Source of the DNA: a virus
Length of the DNA: 64,000 bases
Virus record (IMG/VR): IMGVR_UViG_3300021963_000067
Coordinates: 1 to 64,000 of that record
Direction: 5' to 3' (one strand)
Shown here: in pieces, positions 30,997 to 40,340 of the stretch
How positions within the stretch are numbered: position 1 is the first letter of the stretch
How the letters are laid out: each line of letters begins with the position of its first letter
The notes under the pieces: model-generated
What the model was told of the DNA's origin: nothing
The model's input: the letters and a program-made list of their open reading frames with translations, nothing else
Database searches by the model: none
Translations under genes and position numbers: made by a program

Positions 30997-31380
30997 TCAA
31001 AACTTTTTTTGGTAGCCTGCCAAATTGAGCATGATCGAATACTGTTCGTAAGCCTTTTGGACAGCAACATTAGTATGTCTAAAGTTGGCTTCTTCGCGTT
31101 CTTTGTCCATTAGTGTTTGAAACATATCAATCTCTCCGGGTCTATGTTGCTGCCATTTGAAAAATCGCTGTTCCATTTCTACCAATGCACGTAGGCGGCC
31201 CTCGGGTATTTCTAGAGTGTAGACTTTTTCCGTTTCGTATTCTACAACATCGTTTCGAATAAGATCAGCACGACTGGGATCTGTGAAAAATTTAGGGGGA
31301 TGATATCTTGCTCTACGCTTAGAATCGTTTAGTACACGAACTTCGTAGTTGTTGCAAAATTGATCTAATTCTTTAGACAT
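30997..31380 (-). CDS. Hypothetical protein
   Basis: 127 aa, overlaps thyX stop. Confidence 0.65.
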   Translation of the reverse strand: MSKELDQFCNNYEVRVLNDSKRRARYHPPKFFTDPSRADLIRNDVVEYETEKVYTLEIPEGRLRALVEMEQRFFKWQQHRPGEIDMFQTLMDKEREEANFRHTNVAVQKAYEQYSIMLNLAGYQKKF

Positions 31381-32044
31381 TTTGCAATAGACTTTCTGCT
31401 AGAGGAAACACTGTTGCAATTACTTTAGCACAAGCAACTGCAACTTCTTGATGTTCTTTTTGTGTGCCATTTGCAGAACGTAGTTCAATAAAATGAATCC
31501 ACGAGCGTAATGTACCGTTCATATATAGGCGACTTTCAATTAGGCCTTCAGGCAGCACCGCACGGGCCTGTTCTTTGGCAATGCCATTTTTGATGGCCCA
31601 TTCGTATTCTCGTTGTGCGGCATAGATAACTCGTTGTTGAGCACGGAACCATTCATTTTGTAGGTGTTGATCATCGACTTCGATACTGTTCTGTCTGTTC
31701 TTTGGATCTTGCAGACGGGCTTCTCTTGTGATAAAGTTAAGGTCTTTAGTAGGGTCCGCATATCGTTGACTAAATTCCTGAAAGCTAAAGCTTCTATGTC
31801 GCAAGATTTGTCGGGCAATATCTCTTGTTGTGGTAATTTCGATACAGGCAGAGACCATTTCGAGTGGGCTCCAGTGTTGATGTTTAACCAAGTATCGAAT
31901 GAGTTTATCTGACGTCTCTGTGTTGAGTTGGTTGCTAGGGTTAGACACACGGGCGCAATACGCAATGAGTTCCTGCGCATCGTCGATGCCCAAATTTCTA
32001 AATTCGTCTGTGGGTTGACTATATGATAAAAGTTTAACATTCAT
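31373..32044 (-). CDS. thyX: Flavin-dependent thymidylate synthase
   Basis: RHRSFSFQEFSQRY signature; HWSPLE; EQARAVLP. Confidence 0.95.
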   Translation of the reverse strand: MNVKLLSYSQPTDEFRNLGIDDAQELIAYCARVSNPSNQLNTETSDKLIRYLVKHQHWSPLEMVSACIEITTTRDIARQILRHRSFSFQEFSQRYADPTKDLNFITREARLQDPKNRQNSIEVDDQHLQNEWFRAQQRVIYAAQREYEWAIKNGIAKEQARAVLPEGLIESRLYMNGTLRSWIHFIELRSANGTQKEHQEVAVACAKVIATVFPLAESLLQNV

Positions 32045-32056
32045 GTTTATTTGCTA

Positions 32057-32605
32057 CTAGGTTAATATATCGAAGTTGACAACACAGCGTGGTCCCTTTT
32101 TAGGAACACCCCCACCGTGATATATTTCTCCATCAAACACAACCACTCGGCCACGTTTGGGAGAAACTGATTTAACAATATTATTGTTGTTGTCAAAGAA
32201 CACAGTATCTCCATCTGCATCGTTAACATAATACAATACTACTGTATGCTTAAAGGGAAAGTCTTGATGTGCCGCATAATGTTTTAATTTTGTTTCGTAA
32301 GGCAGTATAAGATAAATTCTAGCTACCATTATTTCTTTTAAAACTAAACCAAGATCCTGACAGACTACTTGCGGGATTAGTGCAAAGTTATCTAGGTGAT
32401 TAGATCGATGCGCACTAGATTTTAATACATGAACAAAGGAAAGAGGATTAACACCATCTTCGTTTGCAGTACTTTCATACTTACATCGAAGGTCTATAGT
32501 AGGATGCATTACTTCATCCTCTATCATTGTTCTTCCTAAAATACTTAATTCAAAATAATCTTGAAGATGTTTAGGAATTAAGTCATCATAAATTTTGATA
32601 TTCAC
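32057..32605 (-). CDS. 2OG-Fe(II) oxygenase
   Basis: HQD...YYVNDADGDT...H...R. Confidence 0.75.
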   Translation of the reverse strand: MNIKIYDDLIPKHLQDYFELSILGRTMIEDEVMHPTIDLRCKYESTANEDGVNPLSFVHVLKSSAHRSNHLDNFALIPQVVCQDLGLVLKEIMVARIYLILPYETKLKHYAAHQDFPFKHTVVLYYVNDADGDTVFFDNNNNIVKSVSPKRGRVVVFDGEIYHGGGVPKKGPRCVVNFDILT

Positions 32606-33132
32606 TTAGATTCTTCTTCAATAGGCTCATCAAAACATAAACTTTCCATAGTCTTGTAATGGTCGTAGGCCTTTTTAAGTGCTTCAAACTTTTCAAGTTT
32701 TGCAGGATCAGGAACTAGGATCGATAATCGCTGTTCCATCTTCTTCATAAATTCTTTTAGACTTGCATTACCAATTTTAATATCGCCACCTTCGGCTATA
32801 TCGACACCGTCGGCATTGATATTAACTTTGGCGGTATTATTAAGTGTGTACGGTCCGGAATTAATAGTATATGAAGTACCACCAGTTCCTGTAGTCCAAG
32901 AGGGGTTAATAGTGTGGCAATTAGAATTTGGATTGTATCCAGCTGTTGCACCAATACCACTGTAGTTAATAGATGGCAAGGTTATTGTACTAATACCCGA
33001 ATATTGATCTGATCCAGTGCTAGTGAACGTAATAGTATCTAAAGTATCAATCATGGTGCTGGCTTGAGCAGCACCATGATCACTTAGATCAATTTCAATA
33101 TCATCAAACGTGATACTGTCCTTGTCGTTCAT
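32602..33132 (-). CDS. Hypothetical protein
   Basis: Thr/Ser-rich N half, ALKKAYDHYK C-terminus; start probably MNDKD. Confidence 0.6.
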   Translation of the reverse strand: MNDKDSITFDDIEIDLSDHGAAQASTMIDTLDTITFTSTGSDQYSGISTITLPSINYSGIGATAGYNPNSNCHTINPSWTTGTGGTSYTINSGPYTLNNTAKVNINADGVDIAEGGDIKIGNASLKEFMKKMEQRLSILVPDPAKLEKFEALKKAYDHYKTMESLCFDEPIEEESK

Positions 33133-33133
33133 A

Positions 33134-33325
33134 TTAGGCCTTGGCTTCTTTGCGGGCGTTCTTTTCTGCTGTAATTTCATTGCGACGAGCTTTTACACCT
33201 TTAGCAACTTCTTGTAGAGCTTTGCGAGCACGAGTACCTGCTGCACCATTGCCTGCGGTGAACTTTGCGTCCTCGGCTAAGAATGCTTCGAAGTCTGCTT
33301 TGAGTTGTTCTACTGTTGTTGACAT
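33134..33325 (-). CDS. Small histone H1/Hc1-like basic protein
   Basis: GNGAAGTRARKALQEVAKGVKARRNEI. Confidence 0.7.
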   Translation of the reverse strand: MSTTVEQLKADFEAFLAEDAKFTAGNGAAGTRARKALQEVAKGVKARRNEITAEKNARKEAKA

Positions 33326-33388
33326 AATGTTTTCCTTATAGTTATGTTCTAATACTTATAAGCCACCTTGCTTGCAGGGGCTTAAAAC

Positions 33389-33499
33389 TGGTATGGTCGG
33401 TAGGTTTCGAACCTACAAAGACTCTGTCTACGACTTTGCCCCGTCCCCTTTCTAGCCTATGGGGCTAGCGGGAGGTCTGCCAATTCCACTCACGACCAC
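33389..33499 (-). ncRNA. Atypical 111-nt tRNA-like RNA (Leu-type D arm, remodelled anticodon domain)
   Basis: Acceptor GTGGTCG/CGACCAT, discriminator A + CCA, T arm GTAGG-TTCGAAA-CCTAC, D loop GGAATTGGCAGAC; central region about 25 nt longer than a class II tRNA. Confidence 0.75.
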
Positions 33500-33505
33500 T
33501 TATAC

Positions 33506-33534
33506 AGTATATAGTTTATTTTTAGAAAGGTCAA
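33506..33534 (-). promoter_or_regulatory. Sigma70 promoter for the tRNA-like RNA
   Basis: TTGACC-N17-TATACT, 7 nt upstream of RNA 5' end. Confidence 0.75.
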
Positions 33535-33551
33535 TGCCAATTTATAAATAA

Positions 33552-34349
33552 GTGATCATGAAACTGCCATTAGGTAAAATCCAAAATCTACAAACTCAGT
33601 TAGAGAATCATCCTCTTCTAAACGACAACGTTATCAAAGACATAGACGGTCTTCGACTGTTTATGGAACATCACGTGTTTGCAGTTTGGGATTTTATGAG
33701 TTTAATTAAAGGACTGCAACATCATGTGTGCCCTAGCACCACATGCTGGACTCCAGGACACCATATACGTAGTGGATCGGCAAGATTGGTTAATGAAATT
33801 GTGTTAGCCGAGGAAACAGATATTGATCTCGATGGAGTAAGTTCTATAAGCCATCACGATCTCTACTGTCAGGCAATGTTAGAAATTGGTGCTGATGCTA
33901 ATTTAATAGAAGAATGGGTTGAATCAGTAGAAGTAAATGGATTTCATGGAGCTAAAGAATACTGTTCAGTGCCTACTGCAAGTCTTGAATTTATGGAAAA
34001 AACTTTTGAATTTATTGACTCCGGTGAACCACATGTTATTGCAGCCGCATTTTGTTTTGGAAGAGAAACTGTTATTCCAAAGATGTTTGCCAGTCTATTA
34101 ACAAAATTAAAATTAAGTAATTTTGATTGCCCTAAGTTTTTTTATTATCTATCTCGGCACATCGAAATCGACAGCGAAAAACATGGACCAGCAAGTATAG
34201 CCCTTGTTGAGGATTTGTGCAATCATGATCCGGTACATATTCATGAAGCAGAGCAAGCGGCTCTGATAGCTCTTAAAGCAAGAATTAAACTTTGGGACGA
34301 TCTACACAAACTAATTCAGGAACAATCGCATTTATATACTCATGACTGA
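33552..34349 (+). CDS. DUF3050 / heme-oxygenase-like helical metalloenzyme
   Basis: FMEHHVFAVWDFMSL, EIVLAEETD, SHHDLY, GRETVIP, RHIEIDSEKHG; ATG at 33558 is an alternative start. Confidence 0.8.
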   Translation: MIMKLPLGKIQNLQTQLENHPLLNDNVIKDIDGLRLFMEHHVFAVWDFMSLIKGLQHHVCPSTTCWTPGHHIRSGSARLVNEIVLAEETDIDLDGVSSISHHDLYCQAMLEIGADANLIEEWVESVEVNGFHGAKEYCSVPTASLEFMEKTFEFIDSGEPHVIAAAFCFGRETVIPKMFASLLTKLKLSNFDCPKFFYYLSRHIEIDSEKHGPASIALVEDLCNHDPVHIHEAEQAALIALKARIKLWDDLHKLIQEQSHLYTHD

Positions 34350-35812
34350 GGATCACCTATTAGTTCATAATAGTATTTGCGTAAGAAATTATTCCTCATT
34401 TGGCCCAATGCATTCCAATCGATGTCCACAACTTTATATTTTTGATATTCCTCTATATCTAAACCAAAGCTACCTACTGACATCAATGACCAAACATTAA
34501 GTTTTTGATACTCTTTAGCCTCATTGACTAATTGCAAGCGCCATTCTCTGGCGGTAATTGCATCGCAATATTCAGTTCTCCACACATACCTACCTTCTTT
34601 CATTTCCCAGGTGAAGCCGTACTTTTCTGCATCTCGGTCAAATTCGCTACGATGCTCGTCGTGAGCATCTTTATAAACTGTAAGATTTTGCCACACCCAC
34701 GACGGTATTTTATTTTCCATTAGCCATTTGTTTGTATTTTGACAATCTTCAAACGTTTCGGGCGGTATCCCACAGATAAATGCCGAAGTGATTGTAATTT
34801 TCTCTTTCCATTTATCGTGATACAATTCTACTAGATAATCTTTTGAACTTCTACCAATCCACGATTTACCAATTAATTTAGCAGCGTCTGAATTAAAACT
34901 TTCTATTCCAAGAAAAGCTCCCTTAAGACCGTTTTCTAATAACATATCAACTGACTCAGGATATGCAGCCAGTAAATCTATTCGTAAATATGTTGCGTAA
35001 TTAATTTTAAAAGGCAATGTTTTGACCATATCGGTGAACGCCCGAAGTCTATCTTGATCAGCATTGAAGGTATCATCTAGCATATAGTAGTTGGTAACAC
35101 CCCAATTTTCGTAATTGCTGATAATTTCTTGTTTAACACATTCCATGTTTCGATTGAAATCTCGTTTACTTTTTCCTATATACGGATATCGACAAAATTT
35201 ACATTTAAAAATACAACCCCTCCCTAATTCAAGGGGCAACGTCTCTGTTGGTTGTATGTAATCATTTTTACTCCACTGATGATCACATGCTTCTATATCA
35301 AAAACTTTACCATCAGGCACTGCAAAACTTTCTCTAACAGTTCGATTGCCTTCAATGATTTCGAATTGAGGATGTGAAGTATTTTTGGACAAATGATCTA
35401 ACAATGATAAGACATGCTGTTCTGTATGTCCCAAAAAAACATAATCAAACAAAGTTTTGTTTCTATGCAGTCTGCTAAAATGAGGAGCTGCCGGACTTCC
35501 TACAATTCGTTTAATTTGAGGGTATCTTTTTTTAATTGTAAAAAATACACTTTCTATTTTTTTAATTATTTCACCATTTGCTGGATCTTTAAGATCCATC
35601 ATAACGCCTAATCCAATTATTTTAGTTTTTGGAGTAATATGCGATTCTAATATTTTAATAATTTGGTGTTCAGTAAAAAAGTGAATGAAGTCGACAACCT
35701 GTATATCATACCCGTGCTTTCGTAAATACCAAGCAACTTGATAACTACCCAGAGGTCTAAAAATATTTGTTTTATTAACAGATACGCAGCAAGTTAGAAA
35801 TATAGCATCCAC
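34340..35812 (-). CDS. B12-binding-domain radical SAM enzyme
   Basis: RGCIFKCKFC; N-terminal RPLGSYQVAWYLRKHGY; DDTF, GIES, GIPPET. Confidence 0.85.
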   Translation of the reverse strand: MDAIFLTCCVSVNKTNIFRPLGSYQVAWYLRKHGYDIQVVDFIHFFTEHQIIKILESHITPKTKIIGLGVMMDLKDPANGEIIKKIESVFFTIKKRYPQIKRIVGSPAAPHFSRLHRNKTLFDYVFLGHTEQHVLSLLDHLSKNTSHPQFEIIEGNRTVRESFAVPDGKVFDIEACDHQWSKNDYIQPTETLPLELGRGCIFKCKFCRYPYIGKSKRDFNRNMECVKQEIISNYENWGVTNYYMLDDTFNADQDRLRAFTDMVKTLPFKINYATYLRIDLLAAYPESVDMLLENGLKGAFLGIESFNSDAAKLIGKSWIGRSSKDYLVELYHDKWKEKITITSAFICGIPPETFEDCQNTNKWLMENKIPSWVWQNLTVYKDAHDEHRSEFDRDAEKYGFTWEMKEGRYVWRTEYCDAITAREWRLQLVNEAKEYQKLNVWSLMSVGSFGLDIEEYQKYKVVDIDWNALGQMRNNFLRKYYYELIGDPQS

Positions 35813-35854
35813 AGTAATATTTATGAATACTTTTGTTGCTATAAATATTCTATC

Positions 35855-36328
35855 ATGTTCATTATCACTTTATTCGAATACATATTCTATTTCGGCCTCT
35901 GGACGTTTATTCTATACTGGATACATCGTGTAGGACACCAAGTAAAATTTTTATCAAGTCTTCATCGACAGCATCATAAGTTTGTTAGAGAAAATACAAT
36001 CACTTGGCATTGGTCAAATATATTTTTATTCAACGATAACTGGCCTAGTACATTCGACTTCTGGGTCACAGAAGTAATCCCTACTGCAATATTTGTAATA
36101 ATAACACAACAGTGGTGGTTGGGAATTGGATTTTATCTGTATGCAGCCTTTGTTCAAGAATGGCTAGAACACAATGATAATTTTAATTTTTACCCTATTT
36201 ACACCTCGGGAAAGTGGCACCTACTGCATCACACACAGTATCCATGTAATTACGGAATTGGTACACCGTTTTGGGATTGGGTATTTAACACTAATAAAAT
36301 ATTAGATAACGCTAGACATTCGATTTAA
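35855..36328 (+). CDS. Sterol desaturase/fatty-acid hydroxylase family membrane protein
   Basis: His boxes HRVGH, HRQHH, HLLHH; NYG...WDWVF. Confidence 0.8.
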   Translation: MFIITLFEYIFYFGLWTFILYWIHRVGHQVKFLSSLHRQHHKFVRENTITWHWSNIFLFNDNWPSTFDFWVTEVIPTAIFVIITQQWWLGIGFYLYAAFVQEWLEHNDNFNFYPIYTSGKWHLLHHTQYPCNYGIGTPFWDWVFNTNKILDNARHSI

Positions 36329-36676
36329 TCTATCTCGAACATTTAGGTAGTCATCAACTGGATATATTTCAATAGTTCTAGTCCATCCTTTTTCTGCAAA
36401 AAAATTCCTTGCTCCGATGCTTATAGGATGATTACTAAACTCATTAAGATCGTTAGCAGTCTTAAAAAGAATATAGCTTTCCAGTACACATCCATCATTC
36501 CTTAAGATTAAAAATCTATCGAGAGCTTTTCCCTGGCGGATAAAATCTCCAGCTAACGCTCTAACTCCTGTACCTTTTTTACCGGCCAACTGCTCTTCCA
36601 TATCTTTATAATAAAATTCATCTACGGTTTTTGCGTTTCTATCTTTATGTGTAAGAGTTACTTTTTGCATTATCAT
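36302..36676 (-). CDS. Hypothetical protein (paralog of 46552-46866)
   Basis: FIRQGK...F...DLNEF..HP...FFAEKG. Confidence 0.6.
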   Translation of the reverse strand: MIMQKVTLTHKDRNAKTVDEFYYKDMEEQLAGKKGTGVRALAGDFIRQGKALDRFLILRNDGCVLESYILFKTANDLNEFSNHPISIGARNFFAEKGWTRTIEIYPVDDYLNVRDRLNRMSSVI

Positions 36677-37419
36677 AATTCTAATTCCTTTAATACGTAT
36701 TCGGGCAAAGCCGAGTAATGATATTTTGAACAGTGTACTTCTTCTAGAATAAATGTTTTCAATTCGTCAAAATTTGTAATATATTTCTCGATCGAATCTT
36801 CTGTATAATTTACAGAAAAAGATATTTCTTTTTTAAAATAGTCATTAATTTTTTTAAAACTTATATCTTTACCGATCATGTCTTCAAGATAAATTTTTTC
36901 AATTAAACTAGCATGATGGTGTCCTACATTTTCGCTCCACCAATAATCTCTACAAAGATTTTGAAAAATTACAAAAATTCTTCGGCGTTCTCTATTTGAT
37001 CCATCGTAATAAAACGGCTCAAATCTTTTTGAAGACCCTTGAAAATTTTTGTTATCGATAGCTATCAACATGCTTGTTAACACTTTCCAGATATTTCTTC
37101 TCAACATTAAAAAAATAGATAACTCATTCTCGTTAATAATAGATGATATATCAGTGTGCCACGATAAAAAAGTTTTAAATCCAAAATATTCGTGCCCATT
37201 TTTTTCTTTAAAACTAATCATTTTTTGAGTTATAGCATTATGATCAAACATGTTTGATTTAAATATGTTTGATGTTTGAGAAATAATCGAAGGATTGAAC
37301 GGTTCTGAATTTGTAAATTCTGGAATCCAGATATTAGAATAACTATTCAATGTATTACAAAAAAATGTAGTCCCACTTCTCGGTGTACCTAAAATTATAA
37401 AATTTGTTGAGTGTGCCAT
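36673..37419 (-). CDS. Sulfotransferase (Stf0-like P-loop)
   Basis: GTPRSGTT 5'-PSB loop; GFK; RRN...S. Confidence 0.7.
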   Translation of the reverse strand: MAHSTNFIILGTPRSGTTFFCNTLNSYSNIWIPEFTNSEPFNPSIISQTSNIFKSNMFDHNAITQKMISFKEKNGHEYFGFKTFLSWHTDISSIINENELSIFLMLRRNIWKVLTSMLIAIDNKNFQGSSKRFEPFYYDGSNRERRRIFVIFQNLCRDYWWSENVGHHHASLIEKIYLEDMIGKDISFKKINDYFKKEISFSVNYTEDSIEKYITNFDELKTFILEEVHCSKYHYSALPEYVLKELEL

Positions 37420-37461
37420 AACTCTATTTATAGTGGGTTTTAATCTGCTAAATATTTTGTT

Positions 37462-38694
37462 ATGAAAATTTTAGTGATAGGAAATCGATCAGTGAGCCAT
37501 CACATGGCGCTACGAATGTCTAAAGAACCCGGAGTCTCAAAAGTTTATCACTACGGAGCCCCTACAAGTTTTCAAAAAGAAAAATACGTTCCTATTTTAA
37601 AAAATAGTGATACATCGGCACTACATTATGCATCCTTGTTAGATTTAGATTTGATTGTACCCTGTAATCCAATCTATCAAATGCAAGACGAATATCAATC
37701 AACATTTTGTAAATTAAAAATCCCCACTTTGTTTCCGTCAAAACAAAACGGCGAACTAGAGTTTTCAAAAATAAAATTTAAAACATTATTGCAAGAACTG
37801 GGGATTCCTACTCCTAGTTATCAAGTACTTTCATATGATATACTAATTGATTCTTTTTTTGATATTCCTAGACCATTTGTTTTTAAATTTGATCAAGATC
37901 ATCGAGGAGGCTTACAAACAGTTATTGTAAATGATGACAACGTTGTAGACGAATATAGGGTATTAAAAGACTCCGGTAAACAACGTTTTTTGGAATTCAT
38001 GTTAGGGGATTTTATAGATCAAAAATTTATAGTAGAAACTTTTATAGATATTGTTCGAGAGTATTCGTACCATGTCTTATGCAGTAAAGATAATCATGTT
38101 TATTTAGGTTCGGCTCGCGACTATAAAAAAAATAATGATGGGGACATTGGAATTAATACTGACGGTATGGGGTCTTACGGGTCAGTGGCCGCAGACAAAA
38201 TTATTGATGAGTATGTAATTAAAATTTTAAATTACCTTAAAAATAACAATAGTGCTTATGTGGGTATAATGTATCTTGGAGTTGCTCTAGATCATACAGG
38301 AATTCCGATGATATTAGAAATTAATACTCGGACAGGTGATACAGAATTTCATAATATACTTCCTCTTATTAACAACAATGTATCAGAACTATTCTATAAT
38401 GCTGCTGTAAATAAACCTTTAGAACCAATAGAGTTTTCTAAAGATAAATCTGTAGCAATTAGAATTGTTAAATCCGATGCAGAAAATAAGAATGATTATT
38501 TTTTTACAAGATTTAAAAATATTCCGTCGGATATTTGCGCATATCAGAGCGGTATTTTAAATGATAAATTTCAAGGAGTATTGACCACTACGGCTGCAAC
38601 TGTAGATCAAGCTAGTGATAGAATTTATTCTTATCTTAATAGTATCAATACATCAAATTTTATTTTTCGATCAGACATTGGATATCTTAAATAA
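37462..38694 (+). CDS. Divergent PurD-like ATP-grasp ligase
   Basis: LEFSK, DYKKNNDGDIGINTDGMGSY, EINTRTGDTE, FRSDIG. Confidence 0.8.
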   Translation: MKILVIGNRSVSHHMALRMSKEPGVSKVYHYGAPTSFQKEKYVPILKNSDTSALHYASLLDLDLIVPCNPIYQMQDEYQSTFCKLKIPTLFPSKQNGELEFSKIKFKTLLQELGIPTPSYQVLSYDILIDSFFDIPRPFVFKFDQDHRGGLQTVIVNDDNVVDEYRVLKDSGKQRFLEFMLGDFIDQKFIVETFIDIVREYSYHVLCSKDNHVYLGSARDYKKNNDGDIGINTDGMGSYGSVAADKIIDEYVIKILNYLKNNNSAYVGIMYLGVALDHTGIPMILEINTRTGDTEFHNILPLINNNVSELFYNAAVNKPLEPIEFSKDKSVAIRIVKSDAENKNDYFFTRFKNIPSDICAYQSGILNDKFQGVLTTTAATVDQASDRIYSYLNSINTSNFIFRSDIGYLK

Positions 38695-38710
38695 CTAAAA
38701 GGAAATAACC

Positions 38711-39505
38711 ATGACACAAAGAATTTTAATAATGGGTTTACCCGGATCAGGCAAAACTTATCTTGCACAACATATTGTAGATCATCTACAAGCAGAAAAA
38801 AAACGGGTAGGATGGCTCAATGCCGACGATGTACGTAAAAAATATAACGACTGGGATTTTAGCCATGAAGGGCGTATTCGTCAAAGTTTACGTATGCGTG
38901 AACTAGCAGACAGCATGCCAGATGTTGATTATGTTATATGTGATTTTGTTGCACCATTAGTTGAAATGCGTAATAATTTTAAAGCAGACTGGACTATATG
39001 GGTTGACACTATTCGTGAAGGTCGGTATGCAGACACTAATGCTATGTTCATTGAACCCGAAGTATATGATTTTCGTATCACTGAACAACAAGCAGAAAAA
39101 TGGGGCGAGTTTGTTGCCGCACATATTATAGATAATCGTAGACGTCCTGTATTTGATTGGAAAAAAGAAACTGTACAAATGCTTGGACGTTGGCAACCAT
39201 GGCATGACGGACATCGTGCATTGTTTGAAAGATTGTTGGCCAAGACTGGGCAGGTAATTATTCAGGTGCGTGATGTACAGGGCTGGCAAGGAAGTAATCC
39301 GTTTGAAGTTGCTAAAGTTAAGAGTTTTATTAAACATGATTTAGATCCGTTATATCAAGGACAATATGAAATACAAGTGGTTCCTAACATTGTTCATATT
39401 GGTTGGGGCCGTGGGGTAGGATACACAAGTGGCGAAGAAACATTTGATGAAAAAGTAACTGATATCAGTGCTACAAAAATTCGTAAAGAATTAGGCTTAA
39501 AGTGA
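38711..39505 (+). CDS. APS-kinase-like P-loop kinase fused to HxGH nucleotidyltransferase
   Basis: GLPGSGKT, NADDVR, DFS..GR; GRWQPWHDGH; ISATKIR. Confidence 0.8.
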   Translation: MTQRILIMGLPGSGKTYLAQHIVDHLQAEKKRVGWLNADDVRKKYNDWDFSHEGRIRQSLRMRELADSMPDVDYVICDFVAPLVEMRNNFKADWTIWVDTIREGRYADTNAMFIEPEVYDFRITEQQAEKWGEFVAAHIIDNRRRPVFDWKKETVQMLGRWQPWHDGHRALFERLLAKTGQVIIQVRDVQGWQGSNPFEVAKVKSFIKHDLDPLYQGQYEIQVVPNIVHIGWGRGVGYTSGEETFDEKVTDISATKIRKELGLK

Positions 39506-39579
39506 ACAAATATCACGTTAGATTCAACACCAAGCATAACGGTAGTTCGTTAGTTTGGAGAATCTTTGACAAAGATTAA
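39502..39579 (+). pseudogene. Possible truncated gene remnant (25 aa)
   Basis: GTGA-coupled ORF MNKYHVRFNTKHNGSSLVWRIFDKD ends at the convergent SDR stop. Confidence 0.35.
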
Positions 39580-40340
39580 ATGGTAACTAACTCGCCACCG
39601 TCGAGATAGATACAAGATCCGTTTATATAACTTGACCTATCAGAAGCTAAAAACAAAACACTATCTGCTACTTCTTTAGGTTCTAAAATTCGACCTATAG
39701 GAAATCTTGCTTTGGCTTTTTCTAATTCTTCCTCTATTGTTGTATTGTTCATTTTACTATGAACTTCTAATTGACGTGTTAACATATCTGTATTAGTGGC
39801 GACAGGATTTACGCAATTAATTCGAATGCCTTTACCGACATAAACGTTGGCCATTCCCATACTGGAAAGAATTAAAGCTGCATTAGCAGCGCCGCCTGTT
39901 AAGTGCGAAGCTACAGCTACCTTGCCACCGTAGCCAATAACATTTACAATAGATCCGGACTTCATTACTTCAAGGGCTGCATACATTGAATTAATATAGG
40001 TAAAAAATTTTGATTGCATTGCATCAAGATAGTTATGAGAGTCAACTTCTAGTGGAGCCACTTTTTTAGCAGCACCTGCACAATTTACTAATACATCAAT
40101 AGGACCATTATTTTCTACTGCGTTCTGTACCATTATCGATGCTTGATCTCGATCTTTGAGATCAACTTGAATAATATGAACATTTCCTAACAATTTTTTA
40201 GCATTGGAAAGATGTTCAATATTTCTCGAAGCAATAGTAACTTTTGCACCTTCTTCTAAAAAAGATTCAGCGCAGGCAAATCCAATACCTTGACTTCCGC
40301 CTGTAATTAAAACGTGTTTATTTTTGAGGTGTAAGTCCAT
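39576..40340 (-). CDS. Short-chain dehydrogenase/reductase
   Basis: TGGSQGIG, VNCAG, RINCVNP, LDGG; no canonical YxxxK. Confidence 0.88.
   Translation of the reverse strand: MDLHLKNKHVLITGGSQGIGFACAESFLEEGAKVTIASRNIEHLSNAKKLLGNVHIIQVDLKDRDQASIMVQNAVENNGPIDVLVNCAGAAKKVAPLEVDSHNYLDAMQSKFFTYINSMYAALEVMKSGSIVNVIGYGGKVAVASHLTGGAANAALILSSMGMANVYVGKGIRINCVNPVATNTDMLTRQLEVHSKMNNTTIEEELEKAKARFPIGRILEPKEVADSVLFLASDRSSYINGSCIYLDGGELVTI

Noticed and set aside
33359-33384. Imperfect hairpin downstream of the tRNA-like gene as a terminator
   Set aside because: Bulged stem and no clear U-tract on the minus strand; too weak to call
33389-33499. Ordinary tRNA-Met/Ile(CAT) or tRNA-Leu(TAG)
   Set aside because: The CAT loop lacks U33 and sits on an over-long arm; no proper TAG anticodon loop can be drawn
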